Positions 40,681-50,063 are shown, counted from the first letter of the stretch. The stretch: DNA of 64,000 bases from Myxococcota bacterium (GCA_039194325.1 JBCCWC010000005.1:32001-96000), one strand, 5' to 3'. Notes: generated from the sequence alone by a model not told the origin. Translations and numbers: made by a program.

Positions 40681-42714
40681 TCAGCGCAGCCGGATCGGGA
40701 CGGTGACGGTGAACATCGCCCCTTCGCTCTCTTCGGACTCGACCTCGATCGTGCCGCGGAGCACCGAGCGGACGAGGTTGTGGACGATGGATAGGCCCAG
40801 CCCCAGGCTCACCGCTCCGCCGCCGCGCTTGGAGGTGAAGAACGCGTCGAAGATCCGGATCTGGCGGTCTTCGGAGATCCCGAAGCCGAAGTCCTTGACC
40901 CGGATGATGAAGCGGTCGCGCTCGTTGTCGCGGGCCAGCGACAGCCGAACCGGGCAGGCGTCGGCGTTGGGCTCGTAGGCGTGCTCGATCGCGTTGACGA
41001 GCAGCGCGGTGATCACCTGCATCAGGTGTTCGGGGTAACCCTCCCACATGCGCTCGGAACGCGGCAGGTCGACGGCCATCTGGACGTCGAGGCGATCGTG
41101 GCGCGAGGCGGTGACTTGGGCGATCTCGTGGAGCAGATCGGGTAGATCGATCTCGGTGAGCTCTTCGCTCGTCTGAGAGGCGGAGAGCTTCTTGAATGCC
41201 TCGATCAGGCGGCCCATGCGGGTCGCGTGAGACTCGATGAGGCCACCGGCATCGACCATGGCGTCGAGCTCGTCTTGGGCCGCCTCGTCTTCGATCTCAC
41301 CGAGCACCTCGGACTTGGCCGCGTCGGTGATGACCCCCACCGCGGTCTTGATGATACCCAGCGGGGTATTGAGCTCGTGGGCCACGCCCACGACCATGTC
41401 GGTGATCGAGCGGTGCTTTTGGGCCTCGACTTCGTTGCTGATGTCGCGGGCGATCATGACCGTGCCGACGTGCTTGGCGTTGTCGGCCGAGCGGATCGCG
41501 CTGGCTACGATGCTCAGCAGGTGACCGCGGGGCGAGGTGTAGTCCATACGCTGCGAGGACGACTCGGTCTTCTCGCCGCAGCTCTGGATGAGGGTCACGA
41601 CCCGCTCGTCGAGCAGCTTGCCCACCGCGACCCCGATGAGCTCGTTGGTGTCGAGCGCCAGCAGGTGCTGGGCCCGGCGGTTGATGAGTCGGATGTCTCC
41701 CTCGAGGCTGACGACCATCAGGCCGTCGTCCATGTTGTCGAGGATGGCGCGCAGGTAGCTCAAGGTGTTCTCGAGCTGCTGCTTGGCGGCATAGATCTCG
41801 CGGGTCTTCTGCTCGGCGATCGACTCCGACGCTCGCCGCGCTTGCTGGGCGCGCCGCAGCTGGGCGGTGAGCTGCTCGATCTCGTCGCTGCTGGCGGGAG
41901 CACGCGCGACGGACACCCCGGTGGCGCGCTCGACCAGGACGGTGCGGAGCGTGTTGAGGGCCTGGTCGATCTCGGGCGCAGATTCGTCGGCGGAGCCGTC
42001 CCGCTTCGCCTGATCGAGCAGCATCGTGCGCAGGAAGCCGAGGGTTCGATCGAGCCCGTCTTCGTCGACCCCGACGCTCGAGCCGGGAGTAGGGGAGGAG
42101 AGGTTGGTGGTCGGAGGCGCGGTCGCGATCGGCCGGAACAGGGTGGGCGACGGAGCCTCGGCCCCGGGCTTGTCCTGCTTGATCAGCGTGAACTTGGTCT
42201 TGGCGCCGCGTTCGCGCGGCAATTCCTCGCGCGTGAGCTCGATCGCCTCCTCGAAGTGACGAAAGCAGCCCAGCAGCATGCCCTCGGCCATGTCGCTCAG
42301 CGGACGCGGCGACTCGTAGATGAACACGAGCTTGTCCGCTGTTTGCTCACGGATGTGGAACGCGGGCAGGTCGGCGTCGGGGTAGAGCTTGCGGACCTCG
42401 TGGTGGATGTAGTTCTCCACCTTCGGTACGAAATCCATGGTGGATTTCTCACCTTCGAGGAACTTCGGGTAGAGATCGACCAGCCGGGCGAACAGGTGCT
42501 CGCCGAAGAAGCGGATGAGGGCGTCGCCGGCCACGCCGGTTTGCTCGCTCAGCCCGCCGACCAGCGCGGCCATTTCCGCGAAGTCGTAGGTACCGATCGA
42601 GCTATAGACGCCACCGGACGGGAGATCCGCCGCTTCGATGACCCGCTCCAGCACGTCACCGCCAAAGCGCTCCTCGACCATGTCGATGAACTCGGAGAAG
42701 ACGAGGCCCTTCAT
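40681..42714 (-). CDS. H-NOX (heme NO-binding)-PAS-histidine kinase fusion
   Basis: MKGLVF..F..MVE..FG, GTYD, IHHEVRKLYPDA.LP, YESPR (YxSxR); PAS (ILDNMDDGLMVV..G.I..IN); AHELNTPLG; N box; DFGFG; GLGL. Confidence 0.92.
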   Translation of the reverse strand: MKGLVFSEFIDMVEERFGGDVLERVIEAADLPSGGVYSSIGTYDFAEMAALVGGLSEQTGVAGDALIRFFGEHLFARLVDLYPKFLEGEKSTMDFVPKVENYIHHEVRKLYPDADLPAFHIREQTADKLVFIYESPRPLSDMAEGMLLGCFRHFEEAIELTREELPRERGAKTKFTLIKQDKPGAEAPSPTLFRPIATAPPTTNLSSPTPGSSVGVDEDGLDRTLGFLRTMLLDQAKRDGSADESAPEIDQALNTLRTVLVERATGVSVARAPASSDEIEQLTAQLRRAQQARRASESIAEQKTREIYAAKQQLENTLSYLRAILDNMDDGLMVVSLEGDIRLINRRAQHLLALDTNELIGVAVGKLLDERVVTLIQSCGEKTESSSQRMDYTSPRGHLLSIVASAIRSADNAKHVGTVMIARDISNEVEAQKHRSITDMVVGVAHELNTPLGIIKTAVGVITDAAKSEVLGEIEDEAAQDELDAMVDAGGLIESHATRMGRLIEAFKKLSASQTSEELTEIDLPDLLHEIAQVTASRHDRLDVQMAVDLPRSERMWEGYPEHLMQVITALLVNAIEHAYEPNADACPVRLSLARDNERDRFIIRVKDFGFGISEDRQIRIFDAFFTSKRGGGAVSLGLGLSIVHNLVRSVLRGTIEVESEESEGAMFTVTVPIRLR

Positions 42715-42963
42715 GATCTGCTCTGAGACGGCCGGCCCGCGCTGTTCGCCAGGGGCGAGGGGGCAGTGGTCCCGGACTATACCCGACCCGCGGTCCGCGA
42801 GGCTACGATTGCGACAATGTAACCGAGGGAGTCGGGAAATGCCCGACCTGGCCGCAGCTGAACCGACCATCCGGTAAGGGTGCGCGTAGGCCGTCCAAAA
42901 CGCCGAAAAAGCCGGCCAATCGACGAAAGCCGGGGTATAAAGGCGGCGGTACCGGAAGTCATC

Positions 42964-43899
42964 ATGGCATCGTTCCCGAGCGCTCCCTCTCGCTGCAAGG
43001 TCCTCGTCGTCGACGACGAGCCGGATATTTTGGCCGTCACCAAGCTGGGGCTCAAGAGCTTGCGTTGGCAAGGGCGGCGGATCACCTTTCTCGCGGCGGC
43101 TTCTGGCTCCGAGGCCATCGAGGTCATGCGGGCCAATCCCGACGTCGCCGTCGTACTGCTCGACGTAGTCATGGAGACCGAACACGCAGGCCTCGATTGC
43201 TGCCGAGCGATCCGCAATCAGCTCGACAACCAGATCACTCGCGTGTTGCTTCGAACGGGTCAGCCCGGTCATGCGCCCGAGAAGCAAACGATCGAGGACT
43301 ACGACATCGACGGCTACTTGCCCAAGGCCGAGCTCACCAGCACGCGCCTCTACTCGGCGTGTCGCACGGCGATCCGTGCCTGGGAGCAACTGCTGACGCT
43401 CGAGCGCCATAAACAGTTCCTCACCGCGGTCAACGATTGTGCGGTTTCGCTACGAACCTACCAAAAGCTCGACGTCTCCTTGAACAAGATCCTCGACACC
43501 GCGATCGCGATCTGTCCGTCGTCGCTGGCGATCCTCTCGCTGGAGACCTACGAGGAAGACGGCAATCCGCGGCGCTTCGTGCTCCACGAGTCGGTTGGCG
43601 AGGACGCCGCCGCGTCCGAGGCCAAGGCGGCCGAGTGGGCAAACAAAATTCACCGCGACGCAAAGCTCCAATCGCTCGAGACGGTTACTCGGGTCGACGG
43701 GGGCGTGTTGCTCCCCATTCGACTGCATCGCGAGCTCGGCTACGGGTGGATCTTCCTGGTCGATGCTCAAGTAGACGATCTGGTGCTCAGTGTGCTGCCC
43801 ATGCTCAGCGCACACGCCGCCAATGCCCTCTACGGGTCCGTCGCCCAGGCGATGCTGTCCAAGCCAGAGCGCAACATCTTCGATGACATCGCCATCTAG
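42964..43899 (+). CDS. Response regulator: receiver plus GAF-like/DUF3369-like C-terminus, no recognisable output domain
   Basis: VLVVDDE, LLDVVME, LRTGQPG.APE, YDIDGYLPK.ELT. Confidence 0.88.
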   Translation: MASFPSAPSRCKVLVVDDEPDILAVTKLGLKSLRWQGRRITFLAAASGSEAIEVMRANPDVAVVLLDVVMETEHAGLDCCRAIRNQLDNQITRVLLRTGQPGHAPEKQTIEDYDIDGYLPKAELTSTRLYSACRTAIRAWEQLLTLERHKQFLTAVNDCAVSLRTYQKLDVSLNKILDTAIAICPSSLAILSLETYEEDGNPRRFVLHESVGEDAAASEAKAAEWANKIHRDAKLQSLETVTRVDGGVLLPIRLHRELGYGWIFLVDAQVDDLVLSVLPMLSAHAANALYGSVAQAMLSKPERNIFDDIAI

Positions 43900-43909
43900 T
43901 GACAACTCC

Positions 43910-46744
43910 ATGAGCGACGAGTCGCCGTTGCCAACGCTCCCGCACGCGGGGGTGTTGGAAGACTTGGCGACCATGCCGCCGTGGGTCATGCCCGATCATG
44001 CATCGACGCATCCGGCCAACGGCCTCTACTCCTGCTGCTTTTGCGGGATCGGTGACGGCGGGAAAGTCGTCACCAACAAAACCAAACAAGCTTCGGACAT
44101 GGGCCAAGCCCTCCCCCAAGGGACGGGCACGCTGTGGGTTGGTACTCAGGGAGATACCGGCGATCTGTTGCCGGCCAAGGTCGGCGAGGATGGCCGGCTT
44201 CAAGTCAAGACCTCCGAGCCGCTGACCTCGGCGGGCGGAGTGCTGCACGCCGACCTCGAGATCGACGAGCGGCGCTCGAAGGTGATGGTGCGAGAGGTCG
44301 ACCGTGAGGTCGACGCCGAAGGGCGCCTGGCGGCCCAACTGTTCCAACCCTACCGGCGCTCGCTGAGCGTCACCGACAGCCACGTGGTCGGCACGGCCCC
44401 CACCAAGGGTTGTGTCAAGCTCCGCCACTCCACCGTTCGCCAGCGTCCGGCGTTCCCCATCCACATGGCGCCCAGCGTCCTACAGGAGGATGGGCGTCGC
44501 AAACAGGTCACCTACGAGGAGGGCATCGCCAAGCTCACCGATCTGGTGCTCGACCACCGGGCGCCCTACGGCAAGACGCTGCTCTATTGCTGCGGGCAGA
44601 TCGACTACTTTACGATCTTCGCCCTTCAAGAGGTCTTTCGCCTGCTGGGGGTGCGCAACCTCGCTGGCAACGCCGAGCACTGCCTCAACGCGGGCGCCTC
44701 TCACAACGAGGTGCTCACGGGCCAAGAGGGCCCGTTCCTCACCATGGACCAGGCCATCTCGGGCCCGGGGGAGCACCTCTATATCTTCAACGGGTGGAAC
44801 GGCTATGTCACCCACCCGCCCGCCTACCTCTCGATCCTCAAGCGCAAGCAGATCGACGCCTACCTCGTCGAGGTCATGGTCACCGAGTCGGCCAAGGCGT
44901 TGGCCCGAAAGCTCGGCCCCGAGCGGATCCTCTTGATCAAGCCCGGGAGCGATCCCCACATGGCGCTGGCCGTGGGTCACGAGATCCTCACCCGGCACGC
45001 CGAGCGGATCGAGCAGCGCTTCCTCGACCGCTTCTCCGACAAGGAGTCGTTCGAACGCTACCGCGAGCTGGCCATGAAGCCGAACTATGCGCCGGCCACC
45101 GTCGCCGAGCGGATCGCGGCCGAGCCCAAGTACGAGGAGAACCTCCTCACCCACATCCGGCGGATTGCCGCCCGGATCGCCGAGGAGGGGGTCATTCCCA
45201 TCAACATCCCGTCGGTGGGGCTCAGCCAGACCAGCGGGGTGGTTGCCCACTGCCTGTGGGGCAACGCGATGGCCATGGTGGGCAAGTATGGCCTCAAGCC
45301 CGACGGCACCCCGGCCGGCGGTACGCTGCGGATCCCGGGGCAGATCAACGCCGAGAGTGAGATCCAGGGCCTGAGCGGCAAGTACTTCATGGGCCGGATC
45401 CCCATCCCCAAGCGAGCCGAGGCCGCGGTTCGCATGGGCCTGCCGCCCTACGCCTACGACGCGGTCGCCGAGGACGAGCACCGGGCGGCGCTCGATTACT
45501 CCGATCCCAACGGCGATCAGCGCGAGCTGTTCATCTGCTTTGGCACTCAGTTCGAGGCCAACATGATGAACCGGCCGCGGTGGATCGAGAAGCTCAAGGA
45601 TCCGCGCACCAAGCTGGTGGTCGTCGATCCGATCCCCGATCCGTTCTCGCTCGAGCACGCCGATCTGGTGCTTCCCTCGCCACCCCACCCCGCGACCACC
45701 AAGCTCTATCAAAACGGCGAGTGGCGGCTGACGCTCAGCGTGCCGCAGAAGCAGGCGCCCGAGCAGACACGGTCCGACCCGACCATCGTCTACGACATGA
45801 TGGCCGAGATCACCCGGCGCTTGGCGGCTGACGAGAAGATGCGCAGCACCCACGCCGATCTCACCGAGTATCTCGACTCGGGCTACCTCCAAAAGCGCTT
45901 TTGTCCGCCCCCTGAGGGAGACGTAGCCAGCGCAAACGGAGCCGCAGAAGCGGATGCAGGCGGCGCAGATGATCGCGAGGGCCTGCTGCGAGTCGCCGGC
46001 GAGGTCAGCCGCCCGCAGCTGTGGACGCGGATCATCAACTACCTTCAGGGAGGAAGCGGGCCGCTCTACTGCCTGCCGACCCACGACGACGGCCGGGTCG
46101 TCGAGTGGTCCGAGCTGCTGGACGACTCGGTGGTGTACGGAGGCGTTGGCACCACCCGCTACATGCTCGACTACGACAACCCCGACGCGGTGCCCTTCCG
46201 CAACATCTACTGCGAGCCCGGCTCCTACCGCTTCTTCGTGCCCACCGAGGACGACCTCGAGTCTCCCGACGGGCTGATCCTCAACTCCGGTCGCTCCTGC
46301 CTCTCGGACGATCGCGAGATGGTCCGCTTCGCGACCGCCACCTTCAATTCGGGCAAGGCGACCCCGCTGGTGGGGATGCCCGAGATCAACCCGCTATTCG
46401 TCTCTCCCAAGGTGGCCTCCCGTCTGGGCCTGGAGACCGGGGACGATGCGCGGGTGACCAATCGAGCCACGGGGTCTTCGATCGTCCTGCCGGTCATCGT
46501 GACCCATCGTGTCAAGGGTGAGACTCTGTTCACCAACTTCCACAAGACAATCGCCAAGCTCGAGCGAGGGCTGTGTGTCAACACGGTGACCAACCACGTC
46601 GAGCGTTGTCGATACAGCAATCAGACCCGGCTCAAGGCCACCCGAGTGTCCGTGGAGCGTGTAATCCCCGATCCCGAGGCGGAGAGCTCGCGTCATGGAC
46701 GGTCTCAGGTCGACCTCAGTCCATGGATACCTCCGAGACCATAG
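43910..46744 (+). CDS. Divergent molybdopterin oxidoreductase (DMSO reductase family, Nas/Nap/FdhF-like)
   Basis: CCFCGIGDG..CVK, NAEHC, GWN..THP, IKPGSD, GQIN, VVVDP..ADLVLP, NGE.R, LNSGR, C-terminal molydop-binding domain (A..LGL..GD). Confidence 0.88.
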   Translation: MSDESPLPTLPHAGVLEDLATMPPWVMPDHASTHPANGLYSCCFCGIGDGGKVVTNKTKQASDMGQALPQGTGTLWVGTQGDTGDLLPAKVGEDGRLQVKTSEPLTSAGGVLHADLEIDERRSKVMVREVDREVDAEGRLAAQLFQPYRRSLSVTDSHVVGTAPTKGCVKLRHSTVRQRPAFPIHMAPSVLQEDGRRKQVTYEEGIAKLTDLVLDHRAPYGKTLLYCCGQIDYFTIFALQEVFRLLGVRNLAGNAEHCLNAGASHNEVLTGQEGPFLTMDQAISGPGEHLYIFNGWNGYVTHPPAYLSILKRKQIDAYLVEVMVTESAKALARKLGPERILLIKPGSDPHMALAVGHEILTRHAERIEQRFLDRFSDKESFERYRELAMKPNYAPATVAERIAAEPKYEENLLTHIRRIAARIAEEGVIPINIPSVGLSQTSGVVAHCLWGNAMAMVGKYGLKPDGTPAGGTLRIPGQINAESEIQGLSGKYFMGRIPIPKRAEAAVRMGLPPYAYDAVAEDEHRAALDYSDPNGDQRELFICFGTQFEANMMNRPRWIEKLKDPRTKLVVVDPIPDPFSLEHADLVLPSPPHPATTKLYQNGEWRLTLSVPQKQAPEQTRSDPTIVYDMMAEITRRLAADEKMRSTHADLTEYLDSGYLQKRFCPPPEGDVASANGAAEADAGGADDREGLLRVAGEVSRPQLWTRIINYLQGGSGPLYCLPTHDDGRVVEWSELLDDSVVYGGVGTTRYMLDYDNPDAVPFRNIYCEPGSYRFFVPTEDDLESPDGLILNSGRSCLSDDREMVRFATATFNSGKATPLVGMPEINPLFVSPKVASRLGLETGDDARVTNRATGSSIVLPVIVTHRVKGETLFTNFHKTIAKLERGLCVNTVTNHVERCRYSNQTRLKATRVSVERVIPDPEAESSRHGRSQVDLSPWIPPRP

Positions 46745-47637
46745 ACGGCATACCCGACGGCATGTCTGACGAAGACGACGACGACGGGGAGCTCGAGCGG
46801 ATCAATTCCGAGCTCGCACGAGCTTGGGATGCTTCGCTGCGCGAACGGGCGCTACGGGCTCGCTCCGAGAGCATCGCGTCCATGGTGGCGGGGATCGCTC
46901 ACGACGTGAACACTCCGCTGGGGGTAGCGCGTACGGCCGGTTCGGCCATCGCCGACGTAGTCCGGGATCTGATCGAAGATCCGCCCGAAGATCCCGAGGA
47001 CATCGAGGATCTACACAACGACCTTCGCGAGGCCCTCGAGCTGCTCAACCGCAACCTCGATCGAGCCCAGAACCTCATCGTCAGCTTCAAGCACCTCTCC
47101 GCGTCGCAGCTGTCCAACGAGCGAGCGAAGGTCCAGGTCAGCAAGATCATCAACGATTGCGTGATCGTGATGCGCTCCGACCTCGAGCGCGCCAAGGTCT
47201 ACGCCCAGATGAACGTGCGCTCCGGCACCGACTACACCTGGGATGGTTTTCCGGGGCACCTGGGGCAGGTGATCGTGAACCTGCTGCAGAACTCGATGCG
47301 CTACGCGTTCGAGCCGGAGAACGGCGGGTCGATCACCATCGACCTCGAGCGGGATAACGACGGGTTCATCATTCGATTTGCCGACGATGGCAAAGGGGTA
47401 GATCCAGAGATCTTGCCGCGGATCTTCGACCCCATGGTGACCTCGGGGCAAGGCAAGGGCGGGACCGGGCTGGGCATGGCGATCTCGCGGAACATCGTGG
47501 TGAACCTCTTGGGGGGTACCATTCGTTGCGAGAGCACCGTGGGGGAGGGCACCACGTTTACGATCACCTTGCCGGTGGTGGCGACGGGGGATAGCGAGCG
47601 ATACCTCCATGGGTTGAGCTCGGGACCTCCGCTTTGA
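46723..47637 (+). CDS. Cytoplasmic histidine kinase lacking a sensor domain
   Basis: AHDVNTPLG, QVIVNLLQN, DDGKG, GGTGLG; only a short acidic/helical N-terminus; start 46723 or 46762. Confidence 0.9.
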   Translation: MDTSETIDGIPDGMSDEDDDDGELERINSELARAWDASLRERALRARSESIASMVAGIAHDVNTPLGVARTAGSAIADVVRDLIEDPPEDPEDIEDLHNDLREALELLNRNLDRAQNLIVSFKHLSASQLSNERAKVQVSKIINDCVIVMRSDLERAKVYAQMNVRSGTDYTWDGFPGHLGQVIVNLLQNSMRYAFEPENGGSITIDLERDNDGFIIRFADDGKGVDPEILPRIFDPMVTSGQGKGGTGLGMAISRNIVVNLLGGTIRCESTVGEGTTFTITLPVVATGDSERYLHGLSSGPPL

Positions 47638-47669
47638 GCGGGCATCGCCGGTGAGATCAGGCGGTGAGA

Positions 47670-48107
47670 TCAGGCGGCTTGAAGGCGGGCCAGGAGTTGC
47701 TCGTCGAGGAGATCTGCCCAGGTCTCGAGGTACTCGATGACGTCTGCCCGTTGGTTGCGCTCGAGGTAACGACGCCCCGAGGGCAAGTGACGCAGGATGC
47801 GGTCGTCGCTGAGATCCTCGAGGTCGGCGAGGTCACCGGTGGTGAGGCCATGGTCGAGCATCGTGCGGATGATGACGTCGATGGGCTGGCCGCTGGTCGG
47901 GCAGTATTCGCGGACCCGATCCTCCCACTCCCCGCCCTTGGCCAGCGCGGCCGTGTGGATCTCGTGCCGGTCGACGCCGGTGAGCGTTTGGGCGAGCTGG
48001 CCGCAGTTGCACATGCCCAGGTGGCCCCACTGATAGTCGGTGCCCTCGCGAAGACGCGCGGCGGTCTGACGAAGGGCCCGGCATAGCTCCACGTTCGCGT
48101 ACGCCAT
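47670..48107 (-). CDS. Hypothetical protein with WGHxGxCNCG motif
   Basis: YQWGHLGMCNCGQLAQ..YCPTSG; typical codon bias. Confidence 0.75.
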   Translation of the reverse strand: MAYANVELCRALRQTAARLREGTDYQWGHLGMCNCGQLAQTLTGVDRHEIHTAALAKGGEWEDRVREYCPTSGQPIDVIIRTMLDHGLTTGDLADLEDLSDDRILRHLPSGRRYLERNQRADVIEYLETWADLLDEQLLARLQAA

Positions 48108-48278
48108 CGTCGGTCAGCGTACGCCATCGCAGCTTCGCTGGCACCCAATTGTTTCGTATTCGGCCCAATACCGTTGCGCAGGGCAGAACTGGCGTCGCCG
48201 CCGATCCTTCTTAGAGTGAGCCGCATCAGTGTGAGCCGCAGACGCCACCGGCGCCGCAGACGAAAGGAGCGCAAGACC

Positions 48279-49136
48279 ATGAGCACCAACCTTCGGACTC
48301 GATCGATCCGTTCGGTCGCCAAGGCCATCCACACCTCCGATGGGGCTGGAGTCACCCTGATGCGGAGCTTGGGGACACCTCGGGTCCCTCAGATCGATCC
48401 CTTCTTGATGCTCGACGAGTTTCGCTCGGACGACCCCAAGGACTACATCGCCGGGTTTCCCCCGCACCCCCACCGCGGGTTCGAAACGGTGACCTACGTG
48501 CTCGCCGGGTCTATGCAGCACAAGGACAGTGTGGGCAACGTGGGCAACCTGCGGGCCGGTAGCGTGCAGTGGATGACGGCCGCCCGCGGGATCATCCACT
48601 CCGAGATGCCCAAGCAAGAAGACGGGCTGATGTGGGGATTTCAGCTGTGGGTCAACCTGCCCGCCAAGGACAAGATGGGAGACCCGCGGTACCAGGACAT
48701 CGAGCCCGAGCAGATCCCCGAGCATGCGCTGCCCGAAGGAGGCACGGTGCGGGTGGTGGCCGGCCGCTTCGAAGACCTGGTCGGCCCTGTGGGCGGGGTG
48801 GCCACCGAGCCGCTGATGCTCGACGTGGGGCTGCCGGCCGGGCGGTCGCTCGACGTACCGATTGTCGCAGGGCACAACGGCTTTGCGTATGTGTTCGAAG
48901 GTCGGGCCCAGCTGGGTGATCGCGAGGCTCCAGTAGAGCGAGGGCACCTGGCCGTGCTCGGTCGCGAGGGGGACGGGCTCCACATCGCTGCCGCCGGCGG
49001 GGATACCCGCGTGCTGCTCGTGGCCGGGCGGCCGATCGGCGAGCCGGTGGCACGCTATGGGCCCTTCGTGATGAACACCCAGGCCGAACTCGAGCGGGCG
49101 TTTGCCGACTACCGCAGCGGTCGCCTGGCGCAGTGA
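48279..49136 (+). CDS. Pirin-family protein
   Basis: RBS AAGGAG; DPFLMLD, HPHRGFETVTY, WMTAARGIIHSEMP, GPFVMNT. Confidence 0.95.
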   Translation: MSTNLRTRSIRSVAKAIHTSDGAGVTLMRSLGTPRVPQIDPFLMLDEFRSDDPKDYIAGFPPHPHRGFETVTYVLAGSMQHKDSVGNVGNLRAGSVQWMTAARGIIHSEMPKQEDGLMWGFQLWVNLPAKDKMGDPRYQDIEPEQIPEHALPEGGTVRVVAGRFEDLVGPVGGVATEPLMLDVGLPAGRSLDVPIVAGHNGFAYVFEGRAQLGDREAPVERGHLAVLGREGDGLHIAAAGGDTRVLLVAGRPIGEPVARYGPFVMNTQAELERAFADYRSGRLAQ

Positions 49137-49207
49137 GGCCCGCGCTCGACGGGGCTCGACTGGGCTCGGCTCGACGAGGAGGGAAGCATCCTGCTATCAG
49201 CCGATGC

Positions 49208-50038
49208 GTGAAACCGACGAACCGACGCTTCGAGGATCAGGTAGTGCTCATCACGGGGGCCTCGGCCGGGATCGGGGCCGCGAGCGCCCGTCGCTTCGCG
49301 GCCGAGGGCGCGAGCATCGTGCTCGCGGCGCGAGGTCAGCCCGCGCTGGAGAGCCTGGCCGAGGAGCTACGGGCCGCGGGGCATTCGGTCGAGATCGTGC
49401 CGACCGATGTCGCCGATCTCGGGGCGATGCGTCGGCTCGTCGAGCGGGCCGTCGAGTTCAAAGGGCGCCTCGACGTGGTGGTCAACAACGCCGGCGTCAA
49501 CTACCGCGGCGGTCTCGAGCGGCACACCGCCGAGCAGCTGGCCCAGATCGTCGCGGTGAACCTGTCGGCGCCGATCGTGCTGTCGCGCCTGGCCCTGCCG
49601 CACCTGCGGGAGCGCGGCGGAGCGATCGTCAACGTGGCTTCGCTGGCGGGGCGGATCCCGGTGGTGCACGAGGCGACCTACTCGGCCACCAAGTTTGGCC
49701 TGCGAGCGTTCTCTTATGCGCTGGCCGACGAGCTGGCCGAGTCGGGAGTGCGGGTGTCGGCGGTCTCGCCCGGGCCCGTGGATACCGGCTTCATCATGGA
49801 AGAGATCGACACGGTGCCCGACTTGGTCTTCTCCCAGCCGATGAGCAGCGCCGACGAGATCGCTCAGCTGGTGATCGACTGTGCCGCCGACGGCCGGGTG
49901 GAGCGCATGCGTCCCCGCCTGGGCGGCTACATGGCCACGCTCGGCTACCTATTCCCCGGGCTGCGGCGAGCGCTGATTCCCATGCTCGAGCGCAAGGGAC
50001 GAGCGGCGAAGCAAAAGTTCGCCGCCCGCAACCGGTAG
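49208..50038 (+). CDS. Short-chain dehydrogenase/reductase
   Basis: TGASAGIG, NNAG, YSATK. Confidence 0.94.
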   Translation: MKPTNRRFEDQVVLITGASAGIGAASARRFAAEGASIVLAARGQPALESLAEELRAAGHSVEIVPTDVADLGAMRRLVERAVEFKGRLDVVVNNAGVNYRGGLERHTAEQLAQIVAVNLSAPIVLSRLALPHLRERGGAIVNVASLAGRIPVVHEATYSATKFGLRAFSYALADELAESGVRVSAVSPGPVDTGFIMEEIDTVPDLVFSQPMSSADEIAQLVIDCAADGRVERMRPRLGGYMATLGYLFPGLRRALIPMLERKGRAAKQKFAARNR

Positions 50039-50063
50039 CCCACTTTGGCAATTCACGGGGTCG

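Noticed and set aside
42715..43410. N-terminal extension of the 909-aa ORF in the track
   Set aside because: It is antisense to the response regulator; the H-NOX domain begins at the ATG at 42714
43910..46744. Naming the gene napA, nasA, narB or fdhF
   Set aside because: No Tat signal, altered Fe-S motif and none of the expected partner genes; substrate cannot be assigned
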